64,000 bases of DNA, from contig CAYYPQ010000014.1 of assembly GCA_964473615.1 (NCBI GenBank), forward strand, positions 2,229 to 66,228, given 5' to 3'. The notes beneath the pieces are model-generated. The model had not been told where the DNA came from, made no database searches, and worked only from the letters and a program-made list of their open reading frames with translations. The stretch comes from an uncultured Desulfobacteraceae bacterium (GTDB taxonomy: Bacteria > Desulfobacterota > DSM-4660 > Desulfatiglandales > Desulfatiglandaceae). Of this stretch, positions 43,981-55,539 are shown one piece after another. The translations under genes and the position numbers were made by a program. Positions within the stretch are counted from its first letter, which is position 1; each line of letters opens with the position of its first letter.

Positions 43981-45494
43981 TGGAGATTAGAGCAGAAGAA
44001 ATCAGCCAGGTAATCCGTGAGCAGATCAGGGATTACGAAAAAAAGGTGGAGGTGAGCGAGACCGGAACCGTGTTGTCCGTCGGCGATGGGATCGCTCGTG
44101 TGTACGGAGTTGAAAAGGCGATGGCCATGGAGATGGTGGAATTTCCCGGTAGCATATATGGGCTCTGTCTCAATCTGGAAGAGGATAATGTGGGCGTTGC
44201 CATCATGGGGGATCACTCCAAGATCAAGGAAGGTGACACTGTCAAGAGAACGGGCAGGATCGTACAGATCCCCGTGGGTGATGCCGTACTTGGCCGGGTC
44301 ATTGACTCTGTGGGTAATCCGGTTGATGGAAAGGGTCCTCTGAATGCCACCGATTTTCGCCGTATTGAGATGGTTGCGCCCGGCGTTATCGCCCGGCAGC
44401 CGGTGAATGAGCCCATGTATACAGGGATCAAGGCGATCGACGCCATGACACCCATTGGGAGAGGTCAACGGGAACTGATTATTGGGGACCGACAGATAGG
44501 CAAGACTGCCATATGTGTCGATGCAATTATTAACCAGAAGGGCACCGACATCTATTGCATCTATGTTGCGATCGGGCAGAAGAAATCTACCGTGGCACAG
44601 GTAGTTGACATACTCGATCGGAATGGGGCAATGGAATATACTACTATTGTTGCCGCCTGTGCCAGTGATCCCGCAACCCAGCAGTTTATCGCCCCTTATG
44701 CAGGTTGTGCCATTGGCGAGTACTACAGGGACAGCGGCAGGCATGCCCTGATAATATATGACGATCTGTCCAAGCAGGCCGTTGCATACAGGCAGGTTTC
44801 CCTTTTGCTCAGGCGGCCCCCAGGACGTGAGGCCTTTCCGGGAGATATTTTCTATAATCACTCGCGTTTGCTTGAACGTGCAGCAAAGCTCAATGACGAG
44901 TTGGGTGCCGGGTCCCTAACGGCGCTCCCCATCATTGAGACCCAGGCAGGAGATGTGTCTGCGTATATCCCTACCAATGTGATCTCGATTACCGATGGCC
45001 AGGTCTATATTGAGCCAGGTCTATTTTTCGCCGGTGTTCGACCGGCAATTAATGTGGGCCTTTCGGTCTCGCGGGTCGGGGGCGCGGCACAGACCAAGGC
45101 AATGAAAAGGGTGGCCGGGACGTTGCGTCTTGATATGGCCCAGTTCAGAGAGCTGGAGGCCTTCGCACAATTCGGCAGTGATCTGGATAAGGCTACCCAA
45201 CAGCAACTCAATAGAGGCCGCAGGCTGGTTGAAGTACTTAAGCAGCCTCAGTATAAGCCCATGACTGCTGAAAAACAGGTGAGCATTCTGTTTGCGGGTG
45301 CAAATGGCTATTTGGATGAATGGCCTGCAGATGCGGTGAGCGATTATGAAAAACAGATGCTGGAATTCTTGGAAAACAAGCACCCTGAAATATTGAGTGA
45401 AATCAAAGAAAAAGAGGATATTAGCGACGATTTGGATGAAAAGATAAGAAAGGCCCTTGACGAGTTTAAGGGCATTTTCCATCCAGCAGACTAA
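43980..45494 (+). CDS. atpA: F1 subunit alpha
   Basis: 504 aa with the P-loop GDRQIGKT and canonical alpha motifs ([15 protein letters not shown]). Confidence 0.97.
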   Translation: MEIRAEEISQVIREQIRDYEKKVEVSETGTVLSVGDGIARVYGVEKAMAMEMVEFPGSIYGLCLNLEEDNVGVAIMGDHSKIKEGDTVKRTGRIVQIPVGDAVLGRVIDSVGNPVDGKGPLNATDFRRIEMVAPGVIARQPVNEPMYTGIKAIDAMTPIGRGQRELIIGDRQIGKTAICVDAIINQKGTDIYCIYVAIGQKKSTVAQVVDILDRNGAMEYTTIVAACASDPATQQFIAPYAGCAIGEYYRDSGRHALIIYDDLSKQAVAYRQVSLLLRRPPGREAFPGDIFYNHSRLLERAAKLNDELGAGSLTALPIIETQAGDVSAYIPTNVISITDGQVYIEPGLFFAGVRPAINVGLSVSRVGGAAQTKAMKRVAGTLRLDMAQFRELEAFAQFGSDLDKATQQQLNRGRRLVEVLKQPQYKPMTAEKQVSILFAGANGYLDEWPADAVSDYEKQMLEFLENKHPEILSEIKEKEDISDDLDEKIRKALDEFKGIFHPAD

Positions 45495-45712
45495 GTGCTT
45501 CGATTCGCAAATACGGTCGCGTATTTTAGCAAATCAGAATAGATAGAATGCTCACTCAGCACTAAGTCCTGAGTAAATGAATTCGTTACCGAATTTATGA
45601 ATCGATGGACTAAGCTTTTGACCCTCCTCTTCCAGACCTTTGTCGGCATAGATGCCTAAAGGGGTGTGGGGCGCGTTATTGAGAGGTAAGGGCCTGGGGC
45701 GGAGAAAAGTAA

Positions 45713-46597
45713 ATGGCAACCCTAAAAGACATTCTCAGAAAAATTGGAGCCGTAAAAAAGACTAGGCAGATTACCAAGGCCATGAATATGGTGGCGGCCG
45801 CCAAGCTGCGCGGCGCCCAGATGAAGATGGAGGCCTTTGAGCCTTATGCCAGAAAATATTCAGAGGTGCTGATGAACCTGGCGAGCCGAATAGAACCCGA
45901 TATTCACCCATTACTCGGGAGGAAAGATCAGGCATCAAGGCTTGAACTGCTTCTGTTTACGGCTGACAGGGGCCTTTGCGGTAGTTTCAACACGAACCTT
46001 GTCAACGAGGCCGAGAAATGGCTTGAAGGAATGAGGGCCAACGGGAAAGACTGTAGCCTGACCGCTGTGGGTAAAAAGGGAAGGGCTTATTTCGGCAAGA
46101 GGGATTATACCCTAACGGCCTCCCATACCTATCTATATGGGAATATAGATATATCGTTTGTAAACCAGATGACCAAGGGTTTTATTGACCGATATATGGT
46201 GGATGAGCTTGACGAGGTCTATATGCTCTATAGTCGGTTTATCAACATGGGTAGGCAGGAGCCCACGGTTGTCAAACTCATTCCTATTGAGCCTCGAAAA
46301 AGAGAGGAGGGCCAGGAAGAAGGTACGGGTGGTGCGGAATATTTATGTGAGCCCAATCCAGAGGAACTCTTGATTGAGCTTCTGCCAAAGCATATTAGTG
46401 TGCAGATATTTAATGCCTTTTTGCAAAATGAGACAAGTGAACACGCCGCCCGTATGGCCGCAATGGACAATGCTTCCAAGAACTGTAATGAGCTGATTGA
46501 TGATCTTACTTTGGTTTATAATAAGGCTCGCCAGGCGGCTATTACTGCAGAGCTGATGGATATTGTAGGCGGCGCCGAGGCTCTAAAAAGTGCATAG
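45713..46597 (+). CDS. atpG: F1 subunit gamma
   Basis: 294 aa. N terminus MATLKDILRKIGAVKKTRQITKAMNMVAAAKLR; C terminus ITAELMDIVGGAEAL. Confidence 0.95.
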   Translation: MATLKDILRKIGAVKKTRQITKAMNMVAAAKLRGAQMKMEAFEPYARKYSEVLMNLASRIEPDIHPLLGRKDQASRLELLLFTADRGLCGSFNTNLVNEAEKWLEGMRANGKDCSLTAVGKKGRAYFGKRDYTLTASHTYLYGNIDISFVNQMTKGFIDRYMVDELDEVYMLYSRFINMGRQEPTVVKLIPIEPRKREEGQEEGTGGAEYLCEPNPEELLIELLPKHISVQIFNAFLQNETSEHAARMAAMDNASKNCNELIDDLTLVYNKARQAAITAELMDIVGGAEALKSA

Positions 46598-46627
46598 GGG
46601 TTTTGACAAAAGGAGGTCTTGATCTAA

Positions 46628-48043
<1,416 letters not shown>

Positions 48044-48056
48044 GGGTGATTGATTT

Positions 48057-48467
48057 ATGGGAAATGTTCATCTTGAGGTTGTGACGCCCGATAAGGTGGT
48101 TGTAAGTCAGGATGTAGAAATTGTTGTTGCGCCTGGTTCTTTGGGTGAATTCGGGGTACTTGAGGATCACGTCCATTTTCTTACTGGGATTGCACCGGGC
48201 GAGCTTCACTATACTTTTGAGGGGGGAACAGAATATCTGGTTGTCTCCACGGGTTTCGCGGAGGTCTCCAATAACGTGGTATCAATCTTGGTGGATTCGG
48301 CAGAGAGTGCCAGGGAGATCGATGTCGAACGGGCACGTCAGGCGGCTGAGAGGGCAGAGGCAAGGTTAGAAAAAGATCGAGGCACGGAAGATATTGATTT
48401 CCAAAGGGCGGAGGCGGCCTTAAAAAGGGCGATGGCGCGGATTAGAGTTGCGAAAAAGGCTATATAA
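48057..48467 (+). CDS. atpC: F1 subunit epsilon
   Basis: 136 aa. An N-terminal beta-sandwich (LEVVTPDKVVVSQDVEIVVAPGSLGEFGVL) is followed by a C-terminal helical hairpin. Confidence 0.9.
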   Translation: MGNVHLEVVTPDKVVVSQDVEIVVAPGSLGEFGVLEDHVHFLTGIAPGELHYTFEGGTEYLVVSTGFAEVSNNVVSILVDSAESAREIDVERARQAAERAEARLEKDRGTEDIDFQRAEAALKRAMARIRVAKKAI

Positions 48468-48499
48468 CCTCATAAATTCCCAAGAGATATAGAAAAAAA

Positions 48500-48527
48500 G
48501 GCAAGCACAAAATGCTTGCCTTTTTTA
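48500..48527 (+). terminator. Rho-independent terminator after atpC (bidirectional architecture)
   Basis: aaaaaaa-GGCAAGCA-caaaa-TGCTTGCC-ttttttatt is a perfect 8-bp stem flanked by A and T runs. Confidence 0.85.
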
Positions 48528-48620
48528 TTGACCTTTACTTGTCTAGGGGATAATATTAAAATAAATAGGTCTTATATGTTGGTATGCGAACGGTAGAGAA
48601 TGTAACAGGAGCGGAGACCG

Positions 48621-48860
48621 ATGAATAGAGGAGAGGATATCGATCAATTTCAATTACTTGAAGAGAAAATTGACAATCTCGTTGAGTTTATGAAGGCCCT
48701 AAAAAGGGAAAAGGAGTCTTTTGCTGAGAAGTTCCAAATTCAGGAAGAGAAACTGGCCAATTTGACCGAGCAGGTGCAAAACTTAAGGGCGGCCAGGGAT
48801 AATGCCAAACAACGGGTTATCTCCCTTTTAGAAAAGATTGAACAAATTGATATTACATAG
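48621..48860 (+). CDS. zapB: ZapB-like coiled-coil cell-division protein
   Basis: 79 aa, all coiled coil (FQLLEEKIDNLVEFMKALKREKESFAEKFQIQEEKLANLTEQVQNLRAARDNAKQRV), directly upstream of zapA. AGGAG RBS. Confidence 0.6.
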   Translation: MNRGEDIDQFQLLEEKIDNLVEFMKALKREKESFAEKFQIQEEKLANLTEQVQNLRAARDNAKQRVISLLEKIEQIDIT

Positions 48861-48888
48861 AGATTGTCTAGATCCCGGGGGATGACAA

Positions 48889-49170
48889 TTGCAAAAGCCA
48901 GTAAGAGTCAGAATTCTTGACCAAGAGTACCTCATCAAAAGCGATGAAGATGAAGAAGCTGTCCAAGAGATAGCAGAATTTGTAAACGTTAAATTGAGGG
49001 AGATTAAGGAAAACACAAAAAGGCTTTCAGAGGGGAAGGTTGCCATACTTGCCGCGTTTCATATCGCCAGCGACTATTTTCAGTTGTTAAAGAATCGAGA
49101 CATTTTGCTAAAGGACATTCAGAGGCGGGCAGAGGCGCTGAATTACCAAATTGATTCCATCGTACAGTAA
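48889..49170 (+). CDS. zapA: Cell-division protein ZapA
   Basis: 93 aa. VRVRILDQEYLIKSDEDEEAVQEIAEFVNVKLREIKE...KVAILAAFHIASDYFQL fits the ZapA pattern. TTG start with a ggggga RBS. Confidence 0.8.
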   Translation: MQKPVRVRILDQEYLIKSDEDEEAVQEIAEFVNVKLREIKENTKRLSEGKVAILAAFHIASDYFQLLKNRDILLKDIQRRAEALNYQIDSIVQ

Positions 49171-49776
49171 GGGACTTTAATGCCTTTTACCGCCAGGCCT
49201 TGAAACAAGATTAGGCAGGTGGGGAAAACCTTGTCTTTATGTTAGACAGCAATGAAATAAGACAAAATTAACGATAATCTCTAAAAATAACGAAAGATAA
49301 AATCAAAAGGACTAATTTTACTAAGGGTTCACGATATAATATGGAGTACTCAGGGGCCTTTCTTCGGTTGCCTCTGTGTTATGACCCAGATACCCATCTT
49401 AGAGGTGGATTTCTGGTGTTGGGAAATTGGAAGAATGGAATAGCTGTCCGGGGCGCCAGCCCTTTGGATATGAGAGAATGGTGGATGATTTTGTCATAGG
49501 TATTAAGGATACTGAGAAAATACACGAGCCAGCCTGGTTCAGGCCTGGGCCTTAATAGGGTGGTTCCTTTCTCTCCATCATTTCGGCTTTCCACAGGTCT
49601 TCCCCTCTTCCCGTCTCCTCTCTTAGTCAGGATTAGCCCGCCTTTAATACCCTTTTTTCGTTATCGGCCTTGAGATTTTAGATAACACGTAACATTTATA
49701 CCATACCCGCCCTTCCGTGTAATGGTGGCGTATGTACTTTAATGCGGAAAGGCGGAGTTAGGAGCCTCGAAATATT

Positions 49777-51339
49777 ATGATCTCGATTCATTTAATCGGA
49801 ATCATTCTGCTGGGTGTGGTTGTGGGCGTGGCCATCGGCCTCTTGGTCCACAAGAAGGTCGTTGAGAGCAGGGTTGATTCTATCGAAAAGTACTCAAGGA
49901 AGGTATTGGCCGACGCCCAAAAAGAGGCCAAGACGATAAAAAAAGAGGCTGCACTACAGGCCAAAGATACACTCTATCAGATGAAGGTAGAGTTCGAGAA
50001 GGAGGCCAAAGAAAGGAAAGATCAGCTTCTTATCCAGGAGAAACGTCTAATTCACAAAGAGGAGAGTCTAGATAAAAGAATTGATCAGCTCGAAAACAGG
50101 GAAGGCAGAATCGTTGAGAAAGAGCTGGCCATTGGAGAGACTGAAAAGGAAATCAAGCGAAAGGAAAGTGATTTTGACCGCCTAATCGCTGAACAGAGAA
50201 ATAGACTGGAAAGGCTCGCCGGGATATCCGGAGAGGAGGCAAAACAGTTGCTGATCAACGCTATGGAATCGGAGGCAAAGCACGAGGCCTCAAAAATGAT
50301 TCGAAGGATTGAAAATGATGCAAAGGCCCAGGCTGACCGGAAGGCCCAGGACGTCCTTGCCCTGGCCATCAAAAGATATGCGGGCGATTATGTTGCTGAA
50401 AAGACTGTGTCCGTGGTTAGTCTGCCCAACGAAGAGATGAAGGGCAGGATTATCGGAAGAGAGGGAAGGAATATCCGTGCCATTGAGGCTGCCACGGGTA
50501 TAGATCTTATTATCGATGACACCCCTGAGGCCGTAATCCTGTCTGGGTTTAACCCGGTGAGGAGAGAGGTGGCAAAGATTGCCTTAAAGAGGCTGATTGA
50601 TGACGGAAGGATTCATCCTGCCAGGATAGAAGAGATAGTTGCGAAGGTCAGCAAGGAGATAGAGGCCTCTATCAAAGAGGCAGGGGAACAGGCAACATTT
50701 GATGTTGGTGTGCACGGGATCAATAATGAGCTTGTAAAGCTTATCGGTCGACTAAAATATCGTTCTAGCTATGCACAAAATGTACTTCAACACTCAAGGG
50801 AGGTCAGCTTCATCTGCGGGGTGATGGCTGCCGAACTCGGCCTAAATGTCAAACAGGCCAAGAGAGCCGGCCTGCTCCACGACATTGGTAAGGCGGTTGA
50901 TCATGAAGTGGAGGGTCCCCATGCAATTATTGGGGGTGATCTTGCGAAGAGGTATGGTGAATCAAAACAAGTGATTCACGCCATTTCAGCTCATCATGAG
51001 GAAATTCAGCCAGAGTCTGTTTTGGCGGTTTTGGTTCAGGCAGCAGACACATTATCCGGCGCAAGGCCTGGTGCTCGTCAGGAAATGCTGGAATCTTATG
51101 TTAAGAGGCTGGAAGGCCTCGAGGAACTCGCCATGGCCTTTAGTGGTGTCAGTAAGACCTATGCCATTCAAGCAGGGCGAGAGCTGCGTATTGTGGTCGA
51201 AGGAAAAATAGTTGACGATGATCATGCCTTCATGCTTTGCAAGGACATTGCGAAAAAGATAGAAAAGGAGATGACTTATCCTGGACAGATCAAGGTGACA
51301 GTGATACGGGAAACCAGGGCCGTGGAGTATGCCAAATAG
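49777..51339 (+). CDS. rny: Ribonuclease Y
   Basis: 520 aa. It has an N-terminal TM, a long coiled coil, a KH domain ([26 protein letters not shown]) and an HD domain ([12 protein letters not shown]...AISAHHE). Confidence 0.95.
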   Translation: MISIHLIGIILLGVVVGVAIGLLVHKKVVESRVDSIEKYSRKVLADAQKEAKTIKKEAALQAKDTLYQMKVEFEKEAKERKDQLLIQEKRLIHKEESLDKRIDQLENREGRIVEKELAIGETEKEIKRKESDFDRLIAEQRNRLERLAGISGEEAKQLLINAMESEAKHEASKMIRRIENDAKAQADRKAQDVLALAIKRYAGDYVAEKTVSVVSLPNEEMKGRIIGREGRNIRAIEAATGIDLIIDDTPEAVILSGFNPVRREVAKIALKRLIDDGRIHPARIEEIVAKVSKEIEASIKEAGEQATFDVGVHGINNELVKLIGRLKYRSSYAQNVLQHSREVSFICGVMAAELGLNVKQAKRAGLLHDIGKAVDHEVEGPHAIIGGDLAKRYGESKQVIHAISAHHEEIQPESVLAVLVQAADTLSGARPGARQEMLESYVKRLEGLEELAMAFSGVSKTYAIQAGRELRIVVEGKIVDDDHAFMLCKDIAKKIEKEMTYPGQIKVTVIRETRAVEYAK

Positions 51340-51380
51340 CGCGAGGCCCAATCCGATGATCTGCAACTGATTAGTCTTTT

Positions 51381-54080
51381 TTGAGGTATTATGGACCTGT
51401 GAGTCCCGCGAAAGAAATAGCCTACCTTGTGGATGGAAGTTCCTATATCCATCGTGCCTACCATGCCATAAAGGGCCTTACCAATTCTAAAGGCTTTCCC
51501 ACAAACGCCGTTCTTGGCTTCACAAAGATGGTCCTGAAGCTTCTTGCCGACAAGAACCCCGGATATCTTGCAATAGTCTTTGACGCCAGGGGCCCGACGT
51601 TTAGACATGAGATTTACAGTAAGTACAAGGCCAATCGGCCCCCTATGCCGGAAGATATGGCCGTGCAGATACCAAGAGTTAAAGAGGTAGTGGAAGGCCT
51701 GAATATAATGATGCTCGAAAAAGAGGGATATGAGGCGGATGACATCATAGGGACCTTGACTAGGAGGTGTGAAGAGGCAGGTTTCCAGGTGGTGATGGTT
51801 ACTGGGGATAAGGATTTTAGGCAGCTTGTTACACCAAACGCGTTCATGTGGGACCCGATGAAGGACGTGGTCACCGATTATTCTTCTTTGAAGGGGACCT
51901 ATGGGTTCGGTCCGGAGAAGTTCATAGATGTTATGGGGCTGTCGGGTGATAACGCAGATAATATCCCCGGTGTACCCGGGGTGGGAGAAAAGACCGCTGT
52001 CTCCCTGGTGCGCGAGTTCGGTAGCCTGGAAAATGTGTTTGATCATGTGGAGGAGATAAAGAGAAAGACCCTGAAAGAGAACTTGGAAAAATCCAAGATG
52101 CTGGCCTTTTTGAGCAAGAAGCTTGTTACTATTGACCGGTTTGTTCCTCTTGATGCAGAAGTCGAGCTACTTAAAGTGGGCGAGCCTCATAATGATGAGC
52201 TGGCAAAGATCTTTAGAGAACTGGAATTTAGGGGATTGTTGGAACAGTTTTCTTCAAGACAAGAAGGACGCGAGGATTACAGGGTTTGTCTTTCCGTACG
52301 GTCTTTGAAGGGCCTTGTGGAGGAAATGAAACTGGTGGGCACGGTCTCAATCGATACTGAGACCACCAGCAAGAATGCTATCCAGGCCGAGCTGGTGGGT
52401 ATTTCTTTTTCCTGGGAGGACGACAAGGCATATTATCTGCCCATTGCCCATAAGTATTCAGGGGCGCCAACCCAGGTCGCCTGGCAGCAGGCGCGTGAAA
52501 TCCTAAGAGAGATATTGGAGAATAAAGAGATTGCCAAGGTAGGTCATAATATCAAGTATGACGCAGAGGTATTGAAACGACACGGTGTCAAGCTGAAGGG
52601 ATTGTATTTTGATACCATGATTGCGTCCTATGTCATCAATCCGGGCCTTAAGCAGCATAACCTGGATTATTTGGCCCAGTTTTATCTGAACCATAGAATG
52701 ATCAGTTATCACGAAGTAGTGGGCCATGGCAAAAAAGAGCTCAATTTTTCAGAAATTGAGGTAGAGAGGGCCGGTGAATATTCTTGTGAGGACGCCGATG
52801 TAACCTTGAAATTGATGCGGGTACTTGATCTGAAATTGAAGTCGGATCAAAATGAGGGGCTCTTTCATAACCTGGAGATGAAACTTGTTCCCGTCTTGAT
52901 GGACATGGAAATGACCGGCATCAGGATTGATACCCGTTTTTTTGAAGAGATGTCCGATCGTTTTGGCGGGCATATCAAGGAGATTGAAAAGGAGATCTAT
53001 GATGAAGCGGGCATGGAATTCAATATAAATTCTCCACAGCAACTTGGATATATCCTTTTTGAAAAACTTCAATTGCCGAGCCAGAAAAAAACTTCCAAGA
53101 CAAAGAGGTACTCTACGGATATGAAGGTCTTGAAGAAGCTCTCGGCCTTTTCACATAAGATGCCCAAGCTCCTCCTGCGTTACAGGTCTCTTTCAAAGCT
53201 CAAGTCGACCTATCTTGATGCCCTGGTAAAGATGGTGAATCCTATTACTGGCCGGATCCATACGTCTTATAACCAGACGGTTACAGCGACCGGGAGACTG
53301 AGCAGCAGTGATCCTAATCTTCAGAATATTCCCATTCGCGGCGAAGAAGGCCGGGAGATCAGGAAGGGATTTGTGGCGGAAGATGGCCATTATTTGGTGT
53401 CGGCAGATTATAGCCAGGTGGAATTGAGGATTTTCGCCCACTATTCTAAAGATGGGGCTTTTATGTTGGCCTTTAAACGTGGTGAAGATATCCATACGCG
53501 CACTGCCTCTGAGATCTTGGGAGTAAACACTCAGTCTGTTACTCCTGACATGAGAAGAATTGCAAAGGCGATAAACTTTGGCATCATCTATGGGATGGGT
53601 CCAAAAAAGCTCAGTGATGAGATAGGCATTGACCTGAAGACCTCCAAGGATTACATTGATACCTTCTATGAAAGGTATCAGGGTGTGGCAAGATACAGGG
53701 AGCAGGTTATTGAGGAAGCTAGAAAGAATGGGTATGTATCGACGCTTTTTAACAGGAGACGTTATCTGCCAGACATTATGCACGGCAACCGGGTCATCAG
53801 TGCTGAGGCAGAGCGTATGGCCATTAATACTCCTATCCAGGGCACCGCGGCGGACTTGATCAAGAAGGCCATGATTAGTATCCACCGGCGTTTGAAAGAT
53901 GAGGGTTTCCAGTCAAAGATGCTCCTCCAGGTCCATGATGAGCTTGTTTTTGAGGTGCCGGAAGATGAGGTAGATGCGGTTGTTCCACTAATCAGAGAGG
54001 AAATGGTAGGGGCTTATGTCCTGGAGGTACCCCTAGTAGTAGATATTAGTAAAGGTAGAAATTGGGGGGAGGCGCATTAG
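51381..54080 (+). CDS. polA: DNA polymerase I
   Basis: 899 aa. It has a 5'-3' exonuclease domain (VDGSSYIHRAYHA..., GDKDFRQL, GVPGVGEKTA), a 3'-5' exonuclease-like domain (VSIDTETTS) and polymerase motifs A/B/C (LVSADYSQVELRI, RRIAKAINFGIIYGM, LLQVHDELVFE). The start is TTG at 51381 or GTG at 51399. Confidence 0.96.
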   Translation: MRYYGPVSPAKEIAYLVDGSSYIHRAYHAIKGLTNSKGFPTNAVLGFTKMVLKLLADKNPGYLAIVFDARGPTFRHEIYSKYKANRPPMPEDMAVQIPRVKEVVEGLNIMMLEKEGYEADDIIGTLTRRCEEAGFQVVMVTGDKDFRQLVTPNAFMWDPMKDVVTDYSSLKGTYGFGPEKFIDVMGLSGDNADNIPGVPGVGEKTAVSLVREFGSLENVFDHVEEIKRKTLKENLEKSKMLAFLSKKLVTIDRFVPLDAEVELLKVGEPHNDELAKIFRELEFRGLLEQFSSRQEGREDYRVCLSVRSLKGLVEEMKLVGTVSIDTETTSKNAIQAELVGISFSWEDDKAYYLPIAHKYSGAPTQVAWQQAREILREILENKEIAKVGHNIKYDAEVLKRHGVKLKGLYFDTMIASYVINPGLKQHNLDYLAQFYLNHRMISYHEVVGHGKKELNFSEIEVERAGEYSCEDADVTLKLMRVLDLKLKSDQNEGLFHNLEMKLVPVLMDMEMTGIRIDTRFFEEMSDRFGGHIKEIEKEIYDEAGMEFNINSPQQLGYILFEKLQLPSQKKTSKTKRYSTDMKVLKKLSAFSHKMPKLLLRYRSLSKLKSTYLDALVKMVNPITGRIHTSYNQTVTATGRLSSSDPNLQNIPIRGEEGREIRKGFVAEDGHYLVSADYSQVELRIFAHYSKDGAFMLAFKRGEDIHTRTASEILGVNTQSVTPDMRRIAKAINFGIIYGMGPKKLSDEIGIDLKTSKDYIDTFYERYQGVARYREQVIEEARKNGYVSTLFNRRRYLPDIMHGNRVISAEAERMAINTPIQGTAADLIKKAMISIHRRLKDEGFQSKMLLQVHDELVFEVPEDEVDAVVPLIREEMVGAYVLEVPLVVDISKGRNWGEAH

Positions 54081-54137
54081 CTGTTATCTGGGTTCGTGGA
54101 TCAGGGGCCGGGAGGCATCGCCCCGGTAAAAAGGTCT

Positions 54138-54359
54138 GGGGTAAGGGATGTTTTTAGACACGCCAAAAAATGATGGGATCGGCAGAAACCAGGGCGCACA
54201 AAGCTCCGCAGTTATATGGCTGCCACATCTACCCAGACTTTTGTATGTCTTAATGCGGGCGTATGGCGTGCGCTTGGGTTTTGGCGACCTACGCCTTCTA
54301 AATTATAATAAGCACAGTACGCGAAGAGTTTTGGCGTGTCTAAAAAAATCCCTTACCCC
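54138..54359. repeat. MITE-like element or long hairpin: 31-bp terminal inverted repeats flanking about 160 bp
   Basis: The left arm is ggggtaagggatgtttttagacacgccaaaa (54138-54168). The right arm is ttttggcgtgtctaaaaaaatcccttacccc (54329-54359). They match as reverse complements at 30 of 31 positions. No transposase ORF and no clear target-site duplication were seen. Confidence 0.6.
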
Positions 54360-54467
54360 ATCTTAGGAATCCGTCCGTGTCAAAGGGCCAACGTATCATC
54401 TTTTTTGAAGTTTTTTTCATGTATAACCCCGAAAGCGAAGCGCCGGGGTCATTTGCCAAACTGTTAC

Positions 54468-54495
54468 CCTAATTGAGCGGATACTCAATTAGGGG
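54468..54495. promoter_or_regulatory. Perfect palindrome 1 (operator-like or REP-like) upstream of the radical SAM gene
   Basis: ccctaattgag-cggata-ctcaattaggg has 11-bp perfect arms. It shares the AATTGAG/CTCAATT core with palindrome 2. Confidence 0.4.
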
Positions 54496-54550
54496 GCTGT
54501 CAGGGGCCAGGATTCATCCTGCCAACTGACAACTGACGACCGGCAACTAT

Positions 54551-54574
54551 CAATTGAGCATTTTCGCTCAATTG
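54551..54574. promoter_or_regulatory. Perfect palindrome 2 (operator-like or REP-like), 36 nt upstream of the radical SAM start
   Basis: caattgagc-attttc-gctcaattg has 9-bp perfect arms and the same core as palindrome 1. Confidence 0.4.
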
Positions 54575-54609
54575 GGGTGTTACAGAAGTTACAATAACGG
54601 TATCTAATT

Positions 54610-55539
54610 ATGTCCTATGTTTTTGGACCTGTTCCCTCAAGAAGGCTGGGGATGTCCCTCGGAATCGATCTGATTCCGCCCAAGACATGTACATTTGATT
54701 GCCTGTACTGCCAGGTAGGGAGAACAACCCACAAGACCCTGGAGACCAGGGCCTTCGTGTCGGTGAGTGAAATCTCCAGGGAAATCCAAAAAAAACTTCT
54801 CAAAACCACACCTGACGTAATTACCCTTTCTGGTTCGGGCGAACCCACACTCCATTCTGAGATAGACCAGGTTATCTCTTCTATTAAGGAAATGACCGAT
54901 ATCAAGGTCGCTGTCCTTACCAACGGGTCCCTCTTCTGGAGAGAGGAGATCATAAGGCGTGTCCTAAAGGCCGATATAATCATGCCAACGCTGTGTAGTT
55001 CCTTTGATCGGACGTTTAAGATGATTCACCGGCCTCATGCGGGGCTAAATCTGGGCCCAATCATTGAGGGGCTGAAAGGCCTGCGCCAATATTACAATGG
55101 ACAGTTATTTATTGAAGTTATCTTTTTGGCGGGAATAAATGACACGGAGGAGGAGGTCGAGGGTCTGAAAACCGTTCTTGACCAGATATCTCCGGAAAAA
55201 ATACAATTGAACACGGTTGTACGACCACCGGCAGATTCCTCAGCAAGACCCCTTGACAGGGACAGGTTGAAAGATATAAAAGATTACTTTGGTAAAAAAG
55301 CGGAGATCATAGCAGGCAGGCCTGTGAAGGCGAGGGCCGGAGAAGATGGTCACCGTATAGATAGTCTCTTGGAAATGGTTAAGAGGAGGCCTCTGAGGAC
55401 CGAGGATATCGCAAGTTCCTTGAAGTTGTCCATGGAGGAAGTGGGTGACCTGATTAAGGGTTTGCTAATTAAAGGGTACTTACGTAGGCAAGAACATTTA
55501 GGGGAGATTTATTATTTGATCAATGAACAAGATAGCTAA
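54610..55539 (+). CDS. Radical SAM protein (function unassigned)
   Basis: 309 aa. The N terminus FGPVPSRRLGMSLGIDLIPPKTCTFDCLYCQ carries the CxxxCxxC cluster motif (CTFDCLYC). A SAM-binding GGEP-like motif (LSGSGEPTL) is present. Confidence 0.8.
   Translation: MSYVFGPVPSRRLGMSLGIDLIPPKTCTFDCLYCQVGRTTHKTLETRAFVSVSEISREIQKKLLKTTPDVITLSGSGEPTLHSEIDQVISSIKEMTDIKVAVLTNGSLFWREEIIRRVLKADIIMPTLCSSFDRTFKMIHRPHAGLNLGPIIEGLKGLRQYYNGQLFIEVIFLAGINDTEEEVEGLKTVLDQISPEKIQLNTVVRPPADSSARPLDRDRLKDIKDYFGKKAEIIAGRPVKARAGEDGHRIDSLLEMVKRRPLRTEDIASSLKLSMEEVGDLIKGLLIKGYLRRQEHLGEIYYLINEQDS

Noticed and set aside
43719-44861. A 380-aa minus-strand ORF. Similar antisense ORFs are 40333-41070, 36609-37139, 37336-37743, 51276-52046, 53193-53885 and 45021-45482.
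   Set aside because: Each is antisense to a confidently identified conserved gene (atpA, atpF, the corrinoid protein, atpZ/I or polA) and shows no family features.
49379-49594. A 71-aa minus-strand ORF in the zapA-rny spacer.
   Set aside because: It has no RBS and no motifs, and it is opposite in orientation to all neighbouring genes. The region is more plausibly non-coding RNA or a leader.
54148-54366. A 72-aa ORF inside the MITE-like element.
   Set aside because: It spans the inverted repeats themselves, has no RBS or family features, and is far too small for a transposase.
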